A stretch of DNA of 63,983 bases, counting the filler, from Collodictyon triciliatum (taxonomy: Eukaryota): NCBI GenBank assembly GCA_043381765.1. It is 8 parts of 8 records of this genome, joined end to end, with 100 filler letters (N's around TTAATTAATTAA, not from the genome) between each part and the next. Parts side by side here need not be neighbours in the genome. Positions count along the whole stretch, not along the records: positions 53,075 to 61,808 come from JBHJMP010003303.1; positions 61,909 to 63,983 come from JBHJMP010003423.1; 6 more parts are not named here. One strand, written 5' to 3'. The notes beneath the pieces are model-generated. The model saw nothing but the letters and a program-made list of their open reading frames with translations, was not told where the DNA came from and searched no databases. The translations under genes were made by a program, and so were the position numbers. This document shows, one piece after another, positions 56,417 to 63,983 of the stretch. Positions within the stretch are counted from its first letter, which is position 1. Each line of letters begins with the position of its first letter.

Positions 56417-57742
56417 AACAAACCAAGGAGATGTACTTCTGCTGGTCGGCTTAATTCCAACTTCAGGAGTGATTTTTCTTTTGTGTGTTCCTTTATTTTC
56501 TTCTCCCAATAACAAAACATCTCATCGCATTGACAGCTGTCGGACATCACGTCCAGGCGTTCAGTTTTTCCCTCCTCTTTCTTGAAACAAGCCGCGAGGA
56601 AAAAATAAATGTTGGCAAAAGAGTTCAAACATAGGATGCGCAACAACGGAGACGACACGAAAAAATACTTAAATATCCTAAATGTGGATATTATTAAATA
56701 ACATTATTTTAGTAGACTATGATTGATATTATAACGTAATGAGATGAAAAAATATCATATATGTACACGAGATTATTGTTCAATATACTTGTACGGTACC
56801 ACAACGGAAAATTTGCAGCTGATCAATATTTGCTGCCCATGAAATGGTTGCAATGAGCTCGATAGGAACCATGAAACCTCTTCGTCTCTTACAAAACACA
56901 GACAAACTTCGCCGCTTGTCAGGGTTCTCTGCGTAATACCCGCCAGTACATCCAAGTAAGAGGTGAGATAAAAACAAGTAGCTCAATGGCGCACAAGGTG
57001 CACCGACCTCCCTGTTATCCTCTACTCGTCCTGCCTCCCCGCCTCTCCGTCCTCCCTGCCCCCTCACTTCCCTAGCATTATTTGGTATCATACTATAGCA
57101 GCAGCAGCAGCATATTTTGGGGTCATACACTCCACCAAACAAATGGGGACATAAGATAGCTACAAACCACCACATGGGTGCCGTCTATGCCAAAACCTAT
57201 GAAAGTGGTCAACGAATCTGACCTTGCATGAGGTGTACATGTCCTATTAATATTTGAACGATCACCAAGATACACAGACCAGCCGCCATTTGGTATCGAG
57301 CTCGTTCTATCGCGTTCACCTGGTCCATTGAAAATTCGGAGCAAATTTCGATCAAAATGTAGGCAACTTGAGCACTCAAATGGGTTACTAGTCATTTTGA
57401 GATCTGGCATATACCGCTTGGCATTCGGTTTTCATAATTCCTGCCAGCCAGAAAAGCAAAGCCTACGGCCAACTCTTGGATGTCTCCGATCACCACACAN
57501 NNNNNNNNNNNNNNNNNNNNNNNNNNNNNNNNNNNNNNNNNNNNNNNNNNNNNNNNNNNNNNNNNNNNNNNNNNNNNNNNNNNNNNNNNNNNNNNNNNNN
57601 NNNNNNNNNNNNNNNNNNNNNNNNNNNNNNNNNNNNNNNNNNNNNNNNNNNNNNNNNACTCAATCATGAACTACAAGCCCTTTGCTCTCCTTACCGGCAG
57701 ACGTCGCCCCTGCTGAAGTGCCTTGTTTTCTTACCCCACAGA

Positions 57743-58443
57743 ATGGCCTCATACCAAACCAAGATCGCCAAGAAAGGCGATGCCACCGAAATCGAGAAGC
57801 AAGTTGCCCAGGCTCTCTTCGACCTCGAGTCCAACAACCAGGACCTCAAGGCTGACCTCAGCGACCTCCAAATTGCCGGTGTCCGCGAAATCGACGCTGC
57901 TGGCAAGCGCTCCCTCCTCATTTGGGTCCCCTTCCGCAAACTCAAAGGGTTCCACAAGGTGTTCATCCGCAACCTCTGCTTTTTTTCTCTAGATCCATCA
58001 CCAAGCTTGTAAAGTACTCAACCCCCATGGACAATAGCAGGCCCACTCTCACGGGTAGACCTAACATAACCTCTGAATAACAGGTTCAGACCCGCCTTGT
58101 CCGCGAGCTGGAGAAGAAGTTCAGCGGCGCCCACGTTGTCATCATTGCCCAGCGCCGCATCCTGCCCCGCCCATCCCGCAACAACCACATTGCCCGTCAG
58201 AAGCGCCCACACTCCCGCACTCTGACAGCTGTCCATGAGGCCATCCTCGAGGACCTGGTCTACCCCACCGAAATTGTTGGCAAGCGCACCCGCGTCAAGG
58301 TTGACGGTAACAAGCTGCTTAAGGTCTTCCTGGACCGCAAGGACCGCGAGACTGTTGAGCCCAAGTTCAGCACCTTCGCTGCCATCTACAAGAAGCTGAC
58401 TGGCAAGCAGGCCTCCTTCGAATTCCCCGTCCATGTCGAATAA
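57743..58443 (+). CDS. RPS7: 40S ribosomal protein S7 (eS7); exons 57743-57958 and 58084-58443
   Basis: [24 protein letters not shown]...[33 protein letters not shown]...[28 protein letters not shown]. Confidence 0.97.
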
Positions 58444-58639
58444 ATGGACAGTATGAGTCCCTTGTTTCATTACCTTCCCTGCGCGCATATACAGACACAA
58501 GAGTTGAGTGCTATCGCCTTCCTTCTCATGGGGCTTTAATACTATCACGCACTCGCATTTTTTTTATTTGCCCTTGTTGCTACGGAAAGTGTGTGTCTGT
58601 GTGCGTTGGGAGTGTGTTTATTCTCTGCGCTGCGAGACG

Positions 58640-59285
58640 CTATGGATGGGCTTTTTCCTCCTGCACAGCCATCACGGTTTTGAGCCACATGCGGATAACG
58701 TCCTGTCCTTTCTGCTCGGCGTTTTGTCTAATATCGGCGATTCTATTGTTTGTGTACACAGATAGGCTCTTGGCCTCCTCCTCGAAGGAACCTGCTTGCT
58801 GTGGATTCCATGGCATTATCAACCTCAGTCGAACGGTCTATTGCATATATATGTATGCGACACTGCCCAGCCAAAGCAGGATAGGAGAAGAGGCAAATGC
58901 TTGGGCAAGCGTGGCATGAGATAAGACCGGGCTGATTCCTTGTGTGCATTTACGAGAGAAGGACTGGACGCACCTTGGCCAACTCTGCCTTGTACTCGCG
59001 GTCCTTCTGTGCCCTAAACTCTGCAATCTCCCGCTCCGCTTCCTCTCTGGCTTGCCTGAGCCTGGCAACTTTTTCTGTGCAAGTTTCAGAGCAAAAGGAA
59101 GTTAGAGGTCTGGCTGGACAAACGAGAAACTAGTCTGTTTGCAGAGAGAGAGAAGGGATGCGAGTCACAGTGGGATTTGAGGAAAGGATTCTTCAAGCAC
59201 TTTGCCTTGCTTGTGCGATGGTTTCGGATGCCTTTGTCTCTGCGCGTAACAGTTGCTGGATTCCTTGGTTGCCGGCGTCACCCAT
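58640..59285 (-). CDS. ATP6V1G: V-type proton ATPase subunit G (exons 59285-59201, 59074-58974, 58798-58640)
   Basis: MGDAGNQGIQQLLRAETKASETIAQARQ|KKVARLRQAREEAEREIAEFRAQKDREYK; GT..AG introns keep the frame. Confidence 0.92.
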
Positions 59286-59836
59286 CGTGCTGGAGACTTT
59301 CAATTTTCCTACATTATTTGTTTTTACTTCATTTTAAAATATGCGCCACCGAGATAACCTAGCGAGAATGGCTCGTGTTATGCAAAGCCATGACGGAAAG
59401 TGGAGAGGCACTGGTCGCAGAGTCTTGATTATTTCTTATGCTTGTGGGGTTTGGAAGTGCGACCCTCGCTTTGATCATTTGGGTTGAAGATCGCAGAGGG
59501 TTCATTTCTGATTGATGTATGTTGATCGCAGCCCGCAAATTTCCGGAGGCGACTCGTTTGGTGCTGTGATTTTGTTGTGTTCATTTACATCCGATATAAT
59601 TTCAAAAGTCCAGTTTCTTGATTAATTTTTTTCAATATTATTTCGATTCTTGTGTTAGTGTCATTTTCATCCACCCGCCTGGAGCATCAATCGTGGTGAT
59701 TATTATAACAGTATGGCCCAAAGCTTTACTCATACCATGAGCTTTTGGGGGTAGCTCTATTCTGTCGATTAAACGAGTAGGCTTATTGTGTGCCAGACTC
59801 GAGACAGAGGAGCTTTGGTAGAAGAAGACAGAGAAT

Positions 59837-59857
59837 TTTTTTCCTTTATTCGATTCA
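59837..59857 (+). mobile_element. 21-bp truncated Fanzor-end-like insert flanked by a 17-bp direct repeat (copy C)
   Basis: TTTTTTCCTTTATTCGATTCA lies between AGAAGAAGACAGAGAAT (59820-59836) and AGAAGAAGGCAGAGAAT (59858-59874). Confidence 0.75.
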
Positions 59858-60121
59858 AGAAGAAGGCAGAGAATAATGTACGAAATTAGATATACGAGGC
59901 GAGTAGAGAATTAGGGGAGATGGAGAGGTATTACGAGGCATATAACAGCTCTAGTCTCTAGCCAAATGCAATGTCCTTGTTTAATTTTTCTTGAATCCCA
60001 CATAGACAGAAGAAATAACGCGTACAATAGCACTAGCAAAAGATGGAATGAAGGAAAGAGCAAGGGGAAGGAAAGAAAAAAACGGAAGAAAAATAAAAGC
60101 ATGATTAAGAATAATCTGATA

Positions 60122-60156
60122 TCCTCGCTGCAATTTGAATCGAATAAAGGAAAAAA
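60122..60156 (-). mobile_element. 35-bp Fanzor-end-like insert, reverse orientation, flanked by direct repeat AATCTGATA (copy D)
   Basis: Reverse complement reads TTTTTTCCTTTATTCGATTCAAATTGCAGCGAGGA. AATCTGATA is at 60113-60121 and 60157-60165. Confidence 0.78.
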
Positions 60157-60602
60157 AATCTGATACAGGCAGCATCTCCACCATCCCGCACAAAATTGAG
60201 AGGAAGAAAAAAAAAAGAAAGATAATCTGATACAAAGAAAATGGGCATCTATTGATGCTGTTACGAAGCTTTGAAAAAAAGTCCACAAATTGATGATGAA
60301 CCTTTTCACTGGAGATATACTTACAGACACAAAAATAATTGCATCATCTCCACCAATTATTTTTTCGGAACCGCTTTGACGTTTAGATGGTACAATGCCC
60401 TCTTTTGTTGAATTCAAATTTTAAGAGCGCTGTCACGCAAAGAGTGATTGAAGTAGACACACAGGGAAGTGTCATAGCATGAATATTTTTTTTTTTTTGG
60501 TGAATGTAAGACACTGCATAAAAAGCTAGTCAAACCGACTTGACCTGTCCACGAGCTATTGTATTGATTTACTATTTGGGTGAAAAGCATATACTAAATC
60601 TG

Positions 60603-60731
60603 AAGATAAAAGATAAAAGATAAAAGATAGAAGATAGAAGATAGAAGATAGAAGATAGAAGATAGAAGATAGAAGATAGAAGATAGAAGATAGAAGATAG
60701 AAGATAGAAGATAGAAGATAGAAGATAGAAG
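60603..60731. repeat. (AAGATAG)n microsatellite
   Basis: Tandem heptamer read directly. Confidence 0.95.
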
Positions 60732-61715
60732 AGAGAGAAATGGACGAAGGGAATTATGAGAGCCAGAAAATAAGGCCGGAGTGGAATTTTTTTTGTGTAA
60801 AGCTGGGCCACGAAAAAGATCAATAAGAAATGGAAAATGCGATTGGACAGAAAATACTTTGGATAGATACCAAATGCACACATTTAAAGAAAATACAAAG
60901 AACTCCAGACAAAGCCAGATGTGTGCCATTCTCAACGCAGGGGCACAGCGCGAGCATGACGCCACCACAAGCAAGCAATCTGATTCAACGAGACTTTGTG
61001 CCTTCCGAAATCATGCCGCCTTCTTCCCTATCCTTTGCCAAAAAACGCAAATTACCCAAAGACACCAAGCACTATGCTTTTCCATCGCAGCAGGATACAC
61101 GGTCATAGCTGCAAGTAATTGGTTGGCAACGTGTTGAAAACTAGAACACGATTGTCAACAAAAAAACCAAAAACCAAAAACCAAAAACCAAAAACCAAAA
61201 AACCAAAAAAAATAACAACTAGGAATAGTGAATAGTACATGCAGCACAATATAAAGAAAGTCATAAGCTTGCAAACAAACAAAGAAACCGTTCTTCTGGT
61301 ACTTCATCCCTGCAGGCTATTCAAAAGACTTTCACCCATGATCACAACCAAAGTATAAGAAACACAAAGCCAAAACAAAACAGCGATCGCAGTAAGACGG
61401 TGCCACGCGGTACAATGATCAAGCGTCCATCAAATTATTCCTATTCTGCTTGGAAACGAAGGAATTCAGAAAACCAAGAGCGTCTTTCTTTCAGGAGCCA
61501 TGCATCCTTCCCAGCCGCACGCTGTGTACCAAAGCCCGCCTCCGCCTCAGCAACACGGCTACACGCCTGCTGGAAACACAACTTCGCAGGCTCCGCGTTA
61601 TCCTTACCCTTCCATCACGCTTGGAAACCATGTTTGTTTATTATTCTGTTTTGCTTTATCCTCTCCTTTTTATTTATTTATTTATTTATTTATTATTGTT
61701 TTTGCTTTTGTTTCT

Positions 61716-61790
<75 letters not shown>

Positions 61791-63983
61791 GGGGGTGTTT
61801 TTTTTTTTNNNNNNNNNNNNNNNNNNNNNNNNNNNNNNNNNNNNNNNNNNNNTTAATTAATTAANNNNNNNNNNNNNNNNNNNNNNNNNNNNNNNNNNNN
61901 NNNNNNNNGTATTCCAGGCTATCGAGCTCCTCTCAATTTGGAGAAATCCCGATGGTGTTTTAATATCGGACAGAACAATTTCTTCGGACTGGAATACTGT
62001 AATCTAAGGCGATTCAATTATTGGTATTTTTTTAAAAAAAAATAATATGAATCGAATTGAAAGGTATTATATTTATCCACAACTCCCAAAATTTAAAAGA
62101 GACTTTAATTATTTAAGAAGGAAGACCTTATCGTTATATTTGAAGTACAATACGCTCGATCTGAATAGGGGATGCTTGCAGGTTGAATTCGATCACGTAA
62201 TATTTGTTGTATATTATCAACATCCAAAAATTTTCCGAACGAAATATTTAAAGAGTCTACCGAGGTGTTGATTTGAAATAATAAAAATGTGAATGTTTCC
62301 AATAAAATAGAAAAGAAATGAAACAGAATTTAGATTAGAAGACTCACTTTCAGACAACTCTGACCACGGAGTCGATGCACCACACACAGAGCAGACGAGT
62401 AAATATAATATTTATCATCATGAGGCTGTCCGGCTTCTTATGAACAGCCATATCGATCCTCACATTGTGATGTATGAAGCTACGAGTATGACTAAACATG
62501 TCTCTCTTACACTCAGACTTTGACAAAGATTCTCTCAGAAAGCATGCTTGCATCAAAAGTACCAAATCGAATGTCCTTATGAAAAATGTTGTGAAATTGG
62601 TGTTTGAGTGATTTGAAAGGAAAATTTTGAAATGGACATTAAATGTGGTTGATACATCTCATTTTTCAAAGGTTAAAATGAAAAAAAATAAACATGAATA
62701 AATGGATAGACATAATAAAGTGAAAAATGAAGAGGTAAATGTATCAGCTCATATTTCCTTACAGAGGCAGTATAATACTGGGTAGATACTAGTTTTGGTT
62801 CCTCGCAAACCGAAGGTGGGTCATTACAATGTTTGAAATCAAAAAGTATATTTTCTGGTGCCAATGGATTTCATCATATATATCAAGGTCTTTTCTTCCA
62901 CAAAGTAACTCAGATATTGATTAGTGTGTCTATCTAAATCAAATCGGTAGAGCGTCGTGGTCTAGTCTATGATCTTTTAGATGCAACTTTTGACTGATGT
63001 CATCTGGAGCTACCTCCCATCTTGAAAGAGTATGTGGTGCAGTTGGAAACTCTACGCCATACGACATAGAGAGTTCTTGAGAGGAAGTTGGCTCTTTGCC
63101 TGGATTTTGGAGAATATTTGGCCTGGTATCTTTTCTTTGCTGGACCTGTTGCTCTTGGATTCTATTCCGATTTGGTGATTATCATGGCTTGGCACTCATC
63201 AACAGTGATGTTCAACTTGCAATGGCGAAGGGCATACGTGGCAAACTATGTTTTTGTTTCAGCATTTTAGTGCCCTATATTCGAATTATCTCTCGAATGA
63301 ATAAATAACATATCCGTAATATATTAGGTAGTTTATCACGGAGACAAATATGAAGGAAATCACTTCACGATTGGATTGGTCAATGTAGTTAGATTGAGAA
63401 TACCAATATCATTTCTTTCACAGCCACCAGCGTTTCTTGGTCTCCGCCTCGTAATATAATAGAGCATCCCAATGTGGGTCACAGCCATCAGAAACATCAA
63501 TGTTTTCCTTTGTCCCTCACCAACACGAAAGGATTCAAGGCGAAACTCATGGCACATTGTCGGCTCTATATCTTGTATATCATCTATAAAAAAATATCGA
63601 GTGATATATAGCAATATATATATATATATATTACGAGCTGCTTGGGTCATCTTGAATAAGAGAGAGAAAGAGAAGGAATCAAAGAAATAATATGATTGGT
63701 GAGTCTGTAAAATATTCCTTTAAGAAAGGTGTTACAAAATAATATAGGGAAATGTTTCCTTTAATTTTTAGAGGATTTAATGGCACATTATTAGTTAGCG
63801 CCAACAATTTATCAAATGACCATCTATATGGCATTAAGATTTTTACCTATCGAGTTGTAAATCGTATGGCCTACTAAACGTTGGATTCTGGCCAGAACAC
63901 GAGGTTTTATGTTGAGTATTAGCGATATCTTCTCCTTAAGCAAAAATTCCTGTGCTTGGCGAGAAACAGACTTTTCCACGAGC

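Noticed and set aside
62946-62985. tRNA-like 5' sequence GAGCGTCGTGGTCTAGTCTATGATC
   Set aside because: No T-loop/B-box or acceptor stem partner downstream; a cloverleaf cannot be formed.
61909-63983. Coding-like fragments with frequent stops in the last partial contig
   Set aside because: Possibly a decayed element, but I recognise no domain motif.

Overview
This is a eukaryotic, AT-rich, intron-rich draft assembly. The window is not one locus: it is eight unrelated contigs (six complete ones of 8750-8734 bp, in decreasing length) joined by an artificial 100-bp N44-TTAATTAATTAA-N44 linker, so gene neighbourhoods across linkers mean nothing. The organism is probably a flagellated non-opisthokont protist: EF-1alpha lacks the animal/fungal insertion, and Sfi1-like, WDPCP/Fritz and RABL2 genes are present. 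Other recognisable genes are GCP6, RPS7, V-ATPase subunit G, a dual-specificity phosphatase, a MUT9-like (MLK/PPK-type) CK1 kinase, an NLR-like NACHT-pentapeptide-WD40 ORF with no intron over ~5.6 kb, and an LRR-Cys-rich-multi-TM receptor built from 19 tandem one-LRR exons of 69 nt. Mobile DNA includes a LINE RT fragment and a decayed Fanzor1 (TnpB-derived) nuclease followed by a structured omegaRNA-like region. The most unusual signal is that the last ~36 nt of that Fanzor downstream region (T6-7 CCTTTATTCGATTCAAAGTGCAGCGAGGTT consensus) recurs elsewhere as isolated 21-36 bp inserts. Each insert is flanked by its own 9-19 bp target-site duplication.
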